Assembly: GCA_035391225.1 (NCBI GenBank)
Contig: DAOPKN010000001.1
Coordinates: 32,808-96,807, forward strand
Source: Thermotogota bacterium
GTDB taxonomy: Bacteria; Thermotogota; Thermotogae; MWEM01
Direction: 5' to 3'
DNA length: 64,000 nucleotides
This document shows, in pieces, positions 8,711 through 17,955 of the stretch. Under the pieces are notes generated by a model. It saw only the letters and a program-made list of their open reading frames with translations, was not told the DNA's origin and did no database searches. Each line of letters starts with the position of its first letter. Position 1 is the stretch's first letter. The position numbers and the translations under genes are program-made.

Positions 8711-11700
8711 GTGGAAGAGAAGCCGGCGTTTTTACTCCAGGAGCTACGTTCCAAGCTACTTGATGTCGTTTCCATTCCGGTGATGCTCTTTTTCGGAGTG
8801 TTCCTTTTTCCCGAAATCCTGCGGAGTTTTTCCCAGGGGTTTTCGTGGCTTCCCATGGGCTACGCGGTTCTCTACGCATGTTTCATCGTTTCCTGGTTCT
8901 ATCGGAGACATCTTTCCTTTCGGTTTCGCGCCCTGCTGTTTTCCGGCATTTTCTTGCTTGCTGGGGTTGCTGCTCTCTTTTCCCAGGGTTTAAACGGGGG
9001 AGGGCAGGCTTTCCTTTTTGGTTTCGTCTTCTTTTCCTTCGTTTTTTGGGGGGAATGGCCCGGGGTGTTGTCTTCCCTTTTCTCCTTGGGGCTCTTGGCA
9101 CTCGCTGGTGGTTTAATGGCTTCCGGTGTTTGGGTGGTTCCCCCAAATGTTCTGTCAAACTCGGGGCAATGGACTTCCTGGGTGTCCGCCATGGGCTTGT
9201 TTTCCCTTCTCTGCGTAGCTTCCGGAACAAGCTTTTTCTTCGTGGGCCATCGGCTTCTCAAGTCCTTGGAAGAAGAACGGAAAAGAGGCCAGGAAATCTA
9301 TGGAAGCTGGGAAAACCTCAAGATTACCCTGGATTCCATCAGCGACGGGGTGATCGTAACCGATACCCAGGGTTTCGTGATCCGGATGAACCGAGTGGCC
9401 GAGCAGATGACCGGATGGACGATGCTGGAAGCAAGGGGAAAGGAATTGCAGCAGGTTTTCCACATTTTCGATTCCAAAACCGGCAAGGTACCAGGAAGCG
9501 TGGTTGCCAAGGTGATAGAATCGGGACAGGTTGTGGGGTTTGCCAACCACACGATTCTCCAATCAAGGGAGGGCAGGAGTTTCCACGTAGCAGATTCCGC
9601 CTCGCCTTTGAAGGACGCAGATGGCAACCTCAGCGGTGTGGTGGTCGTTTTCCGTGATGTGACCGAGGATTACCTTGCCCAAGAGAACCTGTTGGAAAGC
9701 GAGGCAAAGTACCGGGGGCTTTTCGAATCCATCAGCAGTTGCGTTGCGATTTACCGGGCGGTGGATGGTGGAAAGGATTTCGAAATCGTGGACTTCAATC
9801 CAGCCGCGGAAAAGAACGAAAACCTTCCCCGCCACCAGGTTGTTGGAAAACGATTACTGCAAGTTTTTCCCGGGGTAAAAGAGTTCGGGTTATTTGATAT
9901 CTTGCTGCGGGTTTGGAAAACGGGGGAGCCGGAGCATTTTCCCCTCGGCTTCTACAAAGATGAGCGTGTGCAGGGATGGAAAGAGAACTTCGTGCTACGC
10001 TTGCCTTCCGGTGAAGTGGTGGCGGTGTACGATGACGTTTCCGAAAGGGTACGAGGGCAGCAAGACCTCCAAAACGAAAGGGACTTGCTGCAGGGTTTGT
10101 TGGATAACCTTTTCCTTGGAGTAACCGTTTGGGATAAGGATGGGGCCTTGTCCCAGGTAAATGCGGGTTTCACCGCGCTCACGGGGTACAACCTGGAGGA
10201 TGTGCCAGATTTGGATTCGTGGTTTGCAAAAGCCTACCCCGACCCAGAGTACCGGGGAAAAGTGATGGCGGACTGGGAAGTGGCCCAGGGTCAGGGAAAA
10301 AGCGTGCGGGAATTCCGTATCCACTGCAAGGATGGCCAACAAAAAGACATTGAGTTCCGTGGAAGCTTCTTGACCAGCCAAAAGGCAATCGTAACCCTTG
10401 CCGATATTTCCGCGAGGAAAGAATCGGAAAAGAGAATGGCCTTGTTGTCACAGAGGTTGTCGCTTGCGGTGGAATCCGCGGGGATTGGCGTCTGGGAGCT
10501 GGATTTTTCCGATAACCACCTTTCCTGGGATTTCGACATGTATTCGCTCTACGGGATAGAACCCAAGGATTTCGGAGGCCAGTTCGAGGATTGGAGAAAA
10601 GGGGTGCATCCCCAAGACTTGGAAAGGGCCGAAAGAGAAGTCCAGCAAGCCGTGGAAGGGAAAAGGAAATTCAACACGCAGTTCCGGGTGGTGCATCCGG
10701 ATGGTTCGATCCGCCACCTGCGTGCTTTTGGAAAGGTTTTGCGCGATGCTCAGGACCGCCCAACGAAAATGCTGGGGGTGAACTACGATATCACCCCGTT
10801 GGTTCTTGCAGAAGAGTCGCTGCGCAGCAGCGAGCGCCGGTTCCGCTCGCTGATCGAAAGCGTGGAAGGAATTTCCATCTACGGTTACGACCAGGAGATG
10901 CGTGTTTTCTTCTGGAACAGGGCCGCAGAAAAGCTCTACGGATTTTCCTTCTCGGAGGTACAGGGGAAGTGTCTTTCCAACCTGATTTTCCCGGAATCCG
11001 CGGGCGGCAAACTGGAAGCCCTGCACCGCGAGTGGAAAGAACGGGGAAAGATGATCCCCGCGGGCGAAACGGTGATGCAAAAGAAGGACAAAAGCCCCGT
11101 GTTCGTTTTTGCTTCACGGGTTCTGTATGAAACGCCGACCGAGAAGGAATGGTTCTGCTTCGACGTGGACCTGACCCCCATCCACCAAGTCCAAGACGAA
11201 TTGATCAAGGCCAAGGAAAAGGCGGAGGAAGGGAATCGCCTCAAATCTGCGTTCCTTGCCAACATGAGCCACGAAATCCGAACCCCCATGAACGGTATCT
11301 TGGGGTTCTCAAGGCTTTTGCAACAACCCGATCTTTCGGGGGAGCAAAGGGTAGAGTTCATCGAGTTGATCCAGCAAAGTGGAAAGAGAATGTTGAACCT
11401 GATCAACGACTTGATCGATATCTCCAAGATCGAATCGGGCCAGATGGAAGTCACCATTTCCCCCACCGATGTCAAGGAAATGTGCTCCAAGGTGCTCCGC
11501 TTTTTCCAACCGGAAGCGCGGCAAAAAGGTTTGCAGTTCTCCTGTGAGAACGATTTGGGTGGTGCGCCCTTACTCGTGGATACCGATGGTGAAAAGGTGT
11601 ATGCCGTGCTGGTGAACCTCGTGAAAAACGCTTTGAAGTACACCGAATCGGGTTCCATCCACTTCGGGTACGGCGTACGGGAAGAACAACTGGAAGTTTT

Positions 11701-11932
11701 CGTGAGCGACACGGGCAAGGGAATTCCCGCTGGCCAGTTGAAAGCGGTGTTCGAGCGTTTCGTGAAGGTGGAGCTTTCTCCTTTCACCCCGTGCGAGGGT
11801 GCAGGTTTGGGACTTGCCATCTCCAAGGCGTACGTGGAGATGCTCGGGGGAGTGATGCAGGTGGAATCCCGCGAGGCTAAGGGGTCACGATTTTCTTTCA
11901 TCATTCCCCTTGAGTTTTCTATTCCTAAATGA
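8711..11932 (+). CDS. Membrane-anchored multi-PAS/PAC sensor histidine kinase
   Basis: ORF-track start 8351 overlaps the divergent kinase gene, so the start is set at GTG 8711 (GGGGGA site 6 nt upstream), with ATG 8783 as an alternative. Hydrophobic N-terminus, at least four PAS/PAC units, H-box 'MSHEIRTPMNGILGFS', HATPase 'DTGKGIP...GAGLGLAI'. Confidence 0.8.
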   Translation: MEEKPAFLLQELRSKLLDVVSIPVMLFFGVFLFPEILRSFSQGFSWLPMGYAVLYACFIVSWFYRRHLSFRFRALLFSGIFLLAGVAALFSQGLNGGGQAFLFGFVFFSFVFWGEWPGVLSSLFSLGLLALAGGLMASGVWVVPPNVLSNSGQWTSWVSAMGLFSLLCVASGTSFFFVGHRLLKSLEEERKRGQEIYGSWENLKITLDSISDGVIVTDTQGFVIRMNRVAEQMTGWTMLEARGKELQQVFHIFDSKTGKVPGSVVAKVIESGQVVGFANHTILQSREGRSFHVADSASPLKDADGNLSGVVVVFRDVTEDYLAQENLLESEAKYRGLFESISSCVAIYRAVDGGKDFEIVDFNPAAEKNENLPRHQVVGKRLLQVFPGVKEFGLFDILLRVWKTGEPEHFPLGFYKDERVQGWKENFVLRLPSGEVVAVYDDVSERVRGQQDLQNERDLLQGLLDNLFLGVTVWDKDGALSQVNAGFTALTGYNLEDVPDLDSWFAKAYPDPEYRGKVMADWEVAQGQGKSVREFRIHCKDGQQKDIEFRGSFLTSQKAIVTLADISARKESEKRMALLSQRLSLAVESAGIGVWELDFSDNHLSWDFDMYSLYGIEPKDFGGQFEDWRKGVHPQDLERAEREVQQAVEGKRKFNTQFRVVHPDGSIRHLRAFGKVLRDAQDRPTKMLGVNYDITPLVLAEESLRSSERRFRSLIESVEGISIYGYDQEMRVFFWNRAAEKLYGFSFSEVQGKCLSNLIFPESAGGKLEALHREWKERGKMIPAGETVMQKKDKSPVFVFASRVLYETPTEKEWFCFDVDLTPIHQVQDELIKAKEKAEEGNRLKSAFLANMSHEIRTPMNGILGFSRLLQQPDLSGEQRVEFIELIQQSGKRMLNLINDLIDISKIESGQMEVTISPTDVKEMCSKVLRFFQPEARQKGLQFSCENDLGGAPLLVDTDGEKVYAVLVNLVKNALKYTESGSIHFGYGVREEQLEVFVSDTGKGIPAGQLKAVFERFVKVELSPFTPCEGAGLGLAISKAYVEMLGGVMQVESREAKGSRFSFIIPLEFSIPK

Positions 11933-12222
11933 TTTAATGTTCTTCTTTTTATGCTTTCTTTTCCCGCAGCTTTTTTACTTGTTTTTTTTCATTCCATTAC
12001 CTTTACTCGTTGCTTCCCGCAATGCTTTGCGGTATACTTGTTTACTGCCTTTTGGGAAGCCGATGTTCCAATGCAATGCGGACCAAGGGAAAGAACACGG
12101 AAAGGACCACCCTTTCCATACCCAGGTGTGGTACCGTGCCGACGTGCTTTGTTGCCGGGGAATGGGTTTGGGCTTGGGGATTTCACGAAAGGGGTGCCCG
12201 TTACGGGAAGGGAGGAAAACAC

Positions 12223-14700
12223 GTGCGGATGTTTTTCAAAGGATTTTTCCAGGCGCCAAATGTTGCAACCGACGGAGAAAAGGCTTACCGTGCCGGTTTG
12301 TTGCACGTCATTTCCCTTGCCGTGCTCACGTTTTCCGTGGTTGCTTTTCCCGTGTTGTTTTTCACCGGGGATAGCCGGGGAATCTTTTTTATAGTAGACG
12401 TGCTTTTTTGCATCCTCGGACTGGGGATCCGGTACCTGCTGTATCGCGGGGAAACTACCTCGGCCAGCGTGTTCCTGATCGCCGTGAGCCTTTTGCTTTT
12501 CACCGCAACGGTAGCCGCGCTGGGGAGTATACGATCCCCCAGCACATCCCTGTTTTTCCTCGTGGTTCTGTTTGGTGGATTGCTGTTTCGTTTCCGGGGA
12601 GTGGTGACCACCGTTATGATAAGCTCGTGCGCGCTGCTCTCTGTCGCCTGGATGGAAACAAGTGGTTTGCTCCAGCAACCGGATCTTCAGGTGGGGGTGC
12701 TGCAATGGGCGATGCTTTCTGCCATGCTCGTGGTGGTTTCCTCGGTGGCTTTCTTTTCCCAGCAAACCCTGCACAAGGCATTCCGAACGCTTTCGCTGGA
12801 ATCGGAGAAGAGGAAGAATCTTCTCGAACGGGCACAGATGCTTTCGCAAATGGTAGACATCGCTCCCAACTCCATCATCGTGCATGATGCATCCGGCCAG
12901 ATGCTGTATGCAAACCAGAAAACCTTTGACATGCACGGCTACTCCCGGGAAGAATTCATGGTGCTCAACCTGCACCAGCTGGACGTGCCGGAAAGCGAGG
13001 AAAAGATTGCGCAACGCATGGATACCATTCGGCGGGAGGGCGAAGCTTCCTTCGAGGTCTTGCACTTCCGCAAGGATGGTACGCGCTTCCCTTTGCAACT
13101 TTTCGTGAAACAGGCTACGTGGGAAGGCAAACCAGCGTTGCTGAGCATTGGTACGGATACCTCCGAGCGGGTGAACGCCAGGGAAGACTTAATGGCGAAG
13201 AACTCGTTCATCACTTCGCTATTGGAAGCCACCCCGATTCCCATTTTCTTCAAGGATAAACAGGGACGGTACATGGGGTGCAACCGCGCGTTCACCGAGA
13301 TCATGGGGGTGTCTTCCGCGGAGTTGGAAGGAAAAACCGCACACCAACTCTGGCCCGGAGAGATAGCGGACGTGTACGACCAGGAAAACCTGGAGCTTTT
13401 GGCCAGCGAGGTGCACCAGGAATACGAGTTCGTGGTGCGCGACAAGGATGGGCAATCCAGGGAGGTGATTTTTGCCAAGGATGTATTCCGTGATGCCAAG
13501 GGAAACGTGGATGGATTGGTGGGGGCTTTCCTGGATATCAGCCAGAGGAAGCGTGTCGAAAGGGAATTGCAGCAAAGTGAGAAGAAGTTTCACACCCTTT
13601 TTGATGCCATGATGGAAATGGTGGTACTCCACGAGCTGGTGTTCGACGATGGCGGAAATCCAGTGGATTATCGCATAGTAGATGCCAATCCGGCTTTCAC
13701 GGGAATCACGGGGATTCTTCGGGAAGAGTCGATCGGGAAACTGGCTTCCGAGGTGTACCAGCTTTCTCCCCCACCCTACTTTGACCAGTACGTGCAAGTG
13801 GCTTCCTCCGGTGAACCCCTCGAGTTGACGGAATACTTTGAACCCCTCGACAAGCACTTCATGATTTCCGTTGTTTCTCCCCGAAAAAACCAATTTGCCA
13901 CCATCACCAGCGACATTTCGCCGTTGCACCAGTTCCAGCAGATGTTGCAGGAAAAGAACAAGGAGCTGGAAAACTACCTGTACGTGGCTTCCCATGACCT
14001 ACGCTCCCCACTGGTGAACATCCAGGGGTTCAGCCAGAGGTTGCAGAAGCAAACCTCGTCGATCTCCGAAGAGATGGAAGAGTGCGAGTTGCCCCCCGAG
14101 ACCCGTCAGAAAATCAGCGACGTCCTGGAGAAACAAATCCCGCGCACGCTGGATTTCATCTTTACCAACGTTTCCAAGATGGATGCGCTCATCAAGGGGC
14201 TGCTGCAAATTTCCCGCACCGGTCGTGGGAAGATGGCGATTTGCAAGGTGGACATGGACGAGCTCCTTGGAAGGGTTTTGCAATCCTTTTCCTTTGAGTT
14301 GGAGCAGCTGGAAGCGAAGGTGGAGGTGCAACCACTTCCTCCCTGTTACGGGGACCAGGCCTTACTAAACCAGTTGTTTTCCAACCTTGTTTCCAACGCC
14401 ATCAAGTACCGGGATCCGCCAAGAAGGTTGGAGCTTTGGGTATACGGGGAAAAGATATATAATAAGGTGATTTACCGGGTTCAGGACAACGGTATAGGGA
14501 TCAACCCCCGTCACCTGGAGAAGATCTGGGACGTTTTTTTCCGGGTGGATGCCCATTCGCCCCAAGCAGGTGAGGGGATCGGCTTGAGCATCGTGAATCG
14601 GATCGTTTCCAAGCACAAGGGTAGAATATCCGTGCGTTCCCAGGAAGGATTGGGGACAACTTTTTCGATCGAATTGCCAGCGGTTCCGTTCGAAGAATGA
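12223..14700 (+). CDS. Membrane-anchored PAS sensor histidine kinase
   Basis: Start set at GTG 12223 (GGAGG 9 nt upstream). The ORF-track start 12010 lies in a T-rich intergenic stretch. N-terminal TM helices, three PAS units, H-box 'YVASHDLRSPLVNIQGF', HATPase 'DNGIGI...GEGIGLSIV'. Confidence 0.8.
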   Translation: MRMFFKGFFQAPNVATDGEKAYRAGLLHVISLAVLTFSVVAFPVLFFTGDSRGIFFIVDVLFCILGLGIRYLLYRGETTSASVFLIAVSLLLFTATVAALGSIRSPSTSLFFLVVLFGGLLFRFRGVVTTVMISSCALLSVAWMETSGLLQQPDLQVGVLQWAMLSAMLVVVSSVAFFSQQTLHKAFRTLSLESEKRKNLLERAQMLSQMVDIAPNSIIVHDASGQMLYANQKTFDMHGYSREEFMVLNLHQLDVPESEEKIAQRMDTIRREGEASFEVLHFRKDGTRFPLQLFVKQATWEGKPALLSIGTDTSERVNAREDLMAKNSFITSLLEATPIPIFFKDKQGRYMGCNRAFTEIMGVSSAELEGKTAHQLWPGEIADVYDQENLELLASEVHQEYEFVVRDKDGQSREVIFAKDVFRDAKGNVDGLVGAFLDISQRKRVERELQQSEKKFHTLFDAMMEMVVLHELVFDDGGNPVDYRIVDANPAFTGITGILREESIGKLASEVYQLSPPPYFDQYVQVASSGEPLELTEYFEPLDKHFMISVVSPRKNQFATITSDISPLHQFQQMLQEKNKELENYLYVASHDLRSPLVNIQGFSQRLQKQTSSISEEMEECELPPETRQKISDVLEKQIPRTLDFIFTNVSKMDALIKGLLQISRTGRGKMAICKVDMDELLGRVLQSFSFELEQLEAKVEVQPLPPCYGDQALLNQLFSNLVSNAIKYRDPPRRLELWVYGEKIYNKVIYRVQDNGIGINPRHLEKIWDVFFRVDAHSPQAGEGIGLSIVNRIVSKHKGRISVRSQEGLGTTFSIELPAVPFEE

Positions 14701-14719
14701 GTGGAAAGGGGAAAGAAAG

Positions 14720-15151
14720 ATGGAGGGATATCGACAGATGACCATTTTGATCGCGGAAGACGATGATGGGCACGCGGATTTGATCGAGGAAGGGTTGCGC
14801 GAGTCCGGGTTGTGTAACCCGTTTCTGCGCTTCTCGGATGGACAAGAAACCTGGGATTTCTTGTCGGGCGATCCGGCCGACGGAGGCCGTGACCCGCAAA
14901 AAGCGTACCTTCTGTTGCTGGATATCAACATGCCTCGAATGGACGGTGTCGAAGTCCTGCGGAGAATGAAGGAGAAGACGGAGTTGAGGGAGATTCCCGT
15001 CATGATGCTTACCACCACCGATGATCCGCGTGAGGTCGAGCAATGTTACCGGCTGGGCTGCAGCGTGTACATCACCAAGCCGGTGGACTTTTCGGTCTTC
15101 GCGGAAACACTGAAACGGTTGGGCTTGTTCTTGCAAGTCGTAAAAGTGTAA
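14720..15151 (+). CDS. Single-domain response regulator (CheY-like receiver)
   Basis: 'ILIAEDDDGH...LLLDINMPRMDGVEVL...MLTTT' matches the acidic pocket, phospho-acceptor Asp and T/K positions of a receiver domain. Lies 20 nt after the upstream kinase. Confidence 0.85.
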   Translation: MEGYRQMTILIAEDDDGHADLIEEGLRESGLCNPFLRFSDGQETWDFLSGDPADGGRDPQKAYLLLLDINMPRMDGVEVLRRMKEKTELREIPVMMLTTTDDPREVEQCYRLGCSVYITKPVDFSVFAETLKRLGLFLQVVKV

Positions 15152-15169
15152 AGGAAGCGTGGATGCATC

Positions 15170-16699
15170 ATGGGGACAATGCACGTTCTTCTCGTGGAAG
15201 ACGACCCGGGGATCCGCGAGCTTCTCCAGGAAAGCTTGGAAGAAATGGGGCTTCCCTTGCAACAGGTTTCCTCCGGAAAGGAAGCGCTGGAACTCTTGGA
15301 GGGAAACGTCTCTCCCCTGGTGATCCTGGATTTCGCTCTTCCGGACATGGATGGAAGGAGCTTTATCCACGAGCTTGGAAAGATGCGCTCCCCGGTTCCC
15401 CCTTTCATCGTTTCCACCGGCCAAGGAGACGAGCAGGTCGCGGTGGAAATGATGAAGCTGGGAGCCCGGGATTACCTGGTGAAAGACAGTCGGTTCCTGC
15501 AACGTTTCCCGGAGGTGGTGCTACGGGTGATCCGGGAAGTGGAAAACGAGCGCGAGCTCCAATGGACCCAGAACCAGCTTCGGCAGAACGAACAAATGTA
15601 CCGGTTGCTGGCGGACAATTCCGTGGATACCATCTGGTTGATGACAATGGAGGGCAAGTTCGAGTACCATAGCCCCGCGGTGTTCTTGCTTCGAGGTTTT
15701 TCTCCCGAGGAGGCCAATGCCATCCCCATGGAAAAAAGTTTCTCGCCTTCCTCCCAAAAACGAATCCAGCAGGTTTTCCAACAAGAGGCCGCGAAGCCCA
15801 TGTCAAAACAATGGAACCAGCGATCCATGGAGCTGGAACTACTAAAAAAAGATGGCTCCGCCGTTTGGGTAGAGGTGCGAGCCAACGCCATTCGCGACGC
15901 ACAAGGTAACGTGGTGAAACTCCAGGGGAGCACACGGGATATTTCCGGGCGGAAGAAAGCGGAAAGGGAACTCATCCAAGCAAAGGAGAAGGCAGAGGAA
16001 AGCAGCCGGCTCAAATCGTATTTCCTTGCCAATATCAGCCACGAGATCCGAACCCCCATGAACGGAATACTTGGTTTTTCGCGGTTGCTGCAAGACCCGG
16101 AGTTGCCCGGAGAAAAGAGGGACGAGTACTTCCAATCGCTACAGCAAAGCGGCAGGCGGTTACTCAACACCATGAACGACTTGGTGGAACTCTCGGAGTT
16201 GGAAACCGGTCAATCCCAGCTTTCGCTTTCCATGGTTTCCCTCAAACCCTTACTGGAAGAGATGTACAACTTCTTTTTGCCCGAAGCAGAAAAGAAAGGG
16301 GTAGCCCTAATTCTTTCGATGGGGAAAAATGGACACGATCGCATGCGAACAGATGGAAAAAAGCTGCAAGCCGTTTTTCGGCACTTGCTGAAGAATGCTT
16401 TCAAGTTTACCCCGCACGGTTCCGTGGAATTCGGGTACGAGCATACAGAGGGAAGTTGGCGTTTTTTCGTCAAGGATACAGGGATCGGGATCCCGGAAAA
16501 CCAGCAAAGCGTGATCTTCGAGCGTTTCGTGCAGGGAGAGGATTCACCACTCAAACCCTGTGAAGGAGCAGGAATCGGCCTTTCGATCACGAAGGAATAC
16601 GTGCGTTTACTCGGGGGGGAACTGTCCCTTTTCTCCGCTCCAGGGAAGGGATCGCTTTTTTCCTTCCGGTTTCCCGGTCGAATTCACGAAGAGGAGTGA
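15170..16699 (+). CDS. Response-regulator/histidine-kinase hybrid (N-terminal receiver - PAS - HisKA - HATPase_c)
   Basis: 'HVLLVEDDPGIREL...VILDFALPDMDG' receiver, H-box 'ISHEIRTPMNGILGFSRLL', 'DTGIGIPE', 'GAGIGLSI'. Confidence 0.85.
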   Translation: MGTMHVLLVEDDPGIRELLQESLEEMGLPLQQVSSGKEALELLEGNVSPLVILDFALPDMDGRSFIHELGKMRSPVPPFIVSTGQGDEQVAVEMMKLGARDYLVKDSRFLQRFPEVVLRVIREVENERELQWTQNQLRQNEQMYRLLADNSVDTIWLMTMEGKFEYHSPAVFLLRGFSPEEANAIPMEKSFSPSSQKRIQQVFQQEAAKPMSKQWNQRSMELELLKKDGSAVWVEVRANAIRDAQGNVVKLQGSTRDISGRKKAERELIQAKEKAEESSRLKSYFLANISHEIRTPMNGILGFSRLLQDPELPGEKRDEYFQSLQQSGRRLLNTMNDLVELSELETGQSQLSLSMVSLKPLLEEMYNFFLPEAEKKGVALILSMGKNGHDRMRTDGKKLQAVFRHLLKNAFKFTPHGSVEFGYEHTEGSWRFFVKDTGIGIPENQQSVIFERFVQGEDSPLKPCEGAGIGLSITKEYVRLLGGELSLFSAPGKGSLFSFRFPGRIHEEE

Positions 16700-16702
16700 T
16701 TT

Positions 16703-17938
16703 TTGTTGATGTCGTTTGATGCGAACCTGCAACCCATGGCCCGTTTGCTGTTGGAAGTAGCCATCAACTTGCAACCAGGACAAGATTTGCTGTTGGAAGC
16801 GCCGGTACATGCCCTTCCCCTGGCACGCACCATCGTCAAGCAGGCCTACGAAATGGGGGCTGGACTCGTTGCCACGGTGTTCCTGGATGGGGAGCTCGAT
16901 CGGAGTGCCCTCGAACTCGGTGGGGAACGTTCGTATGCCCACTTCCCTCCCTGGACCATTGCCCAGCACATGGGGATCTTCGAGTCGGGAGGCGCTTCAC
17001 TGTTCATTGTAGGGGATGATCCCGACCTACTGGCGGGAATCGACCCCAGCAAGATTTCCAAGCGAAACCGGCACAAAATGCAGACGAACAAGGCAATCTT
17101 TGATTGGATGGAGAAGAACGAAAACCAGTGGGCCCTTGCTGCATACCCCCAAGAGAAATGGGCACGAAAGGTTTTCCCCGACCAGAATCCTGCCAAGGCC
17201 ATGGAATTGCTGGGGGATGCCATCTTGCAGGCTGTGCGTATGGATACACCCGACCCCGTTCAAGCCTGGAAAGAGCACGTGAAAGCCTCGGGGGCGCGCA
17301 AGGAGTTTCTCAACCAAACGCGTTTCGACACGCTGTACTACTCCGGGCCTGGGACGGACCTAAAAGTCGGGCTGCCGGAAGGACACATTTGGATGGGTGT
17401 GGAAAGCATTACCAAGAGCGGAGTCCAATTTATCCCCAACATGCCCACCGAGGAACTCTTCACGCTACCCCACAGGGAAAAGGTAGAAGGAACGGTGCGC
17501 AGTACCCGCCCATTGAGTTACAGCGGCAATCGCATCGATGACTTCACGTTGGAATTTCAGAAAGGACGAATCGTGCGCGTATCTGCCAAAACGAACGAAG
17601 CCATCTTGAAAGACCTCGTAGACACGGATGAGGGTTCCCATTTCCTGGGTGAAGTGGCGCTCGTTTCGGAAGATTCCCCGCTTGCCCAGATGCACTTGCT
17701 GTTCCACGAAACGCTTTTCGACGAGAACGCTTCCTGTCATTTCGCGCTGGGACGGGCATACAGCCAGTGCCTGGAAGGATGGGAAAAGTTGGATGCCCAG
17801 GGGTTTCAACGAGCTGGTGGGAACCAGAGCATCGTACACGTGGACTTCATGGTGGGATCTGACCAGCTGAACGTGGAGGGGAAAACCACTTCAGGGGAAA
17901 GGATGGTGCTGCTGGAGAAAGGACGCTGGAGGGTATAG
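16703..17938 (+). CDS. Aminopeptidase, M29 (AmpS/PepS thermophilic metalloprotease) family
   Basis: 411-aa protein with the overall M29 architecture ('...LLEAPVHALPLARTIVKQAYEMGAGLV...'). The start could be TTG 16703 or ATG 16709, both downstream of a GAGGAG site. Confidence 0.55.
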   Translation: MLMSFDANLQPMARLLLEVAINLQPGQDLLLEAPVHALPLARTIVKQAYEMGAGLVATVFLDGELDRSALELGGERSYAHFPPWTIAQHMGIFESGGASLFIVGDDPDLLAGIDPSKISKRNRHKMQTNKAIFDWMEKNENQWALAAYPQEKWARKVFPDQNPAKAMELLGDAILQAVRMDTPDPVQAWKEHVKASGARKEFLNQTRFDTLYYSGPGTDLKVGLPEGHIWMGVESITKSGVQFIPNMPTEELFTLPHREKVEGTVRSTRPLSYSGNRIDDFTLEFQKGRIVRVSAKTNEAILKDLVDTDEGSHFLGEVALVSEDSPLAQMHLLFHETLFDENASCHFALGRAYSQCLEGWEKLDAQGFQRAGGNQSIVHVDFMVGSDQLNVEGKTTSGERMVLLEKGRWRV

Positions 17939-17955
17939 CTTCTCTCGCCTCCTTT

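Noticed and set aside
10936-11904. 322-aa and similar long antisense or out-of-frame ORFs within the kinases (for example 2030-3034, 10448-11080, 13219-13995, 14501-15502, 15472-16173)
   Set aside because: All are embedded in genes with clear HisKA/HATPase or PAS motifs on the other strand or frame. They are spurious ORFs of the kind common in GC-rich DNA and have no motifs.
11910-12394. Two overlapping ORFs (154 and 147 aa) in the 11933-12222 gap
   Set aside because: They lie in a T-rich, low-complexity intergenic stretch. Their translations are Phe/Leu/Cys-rich with no domain, and they overlap each other and the real kinase start. The stretch more likely holds the terminator or promoter between the two kinases.
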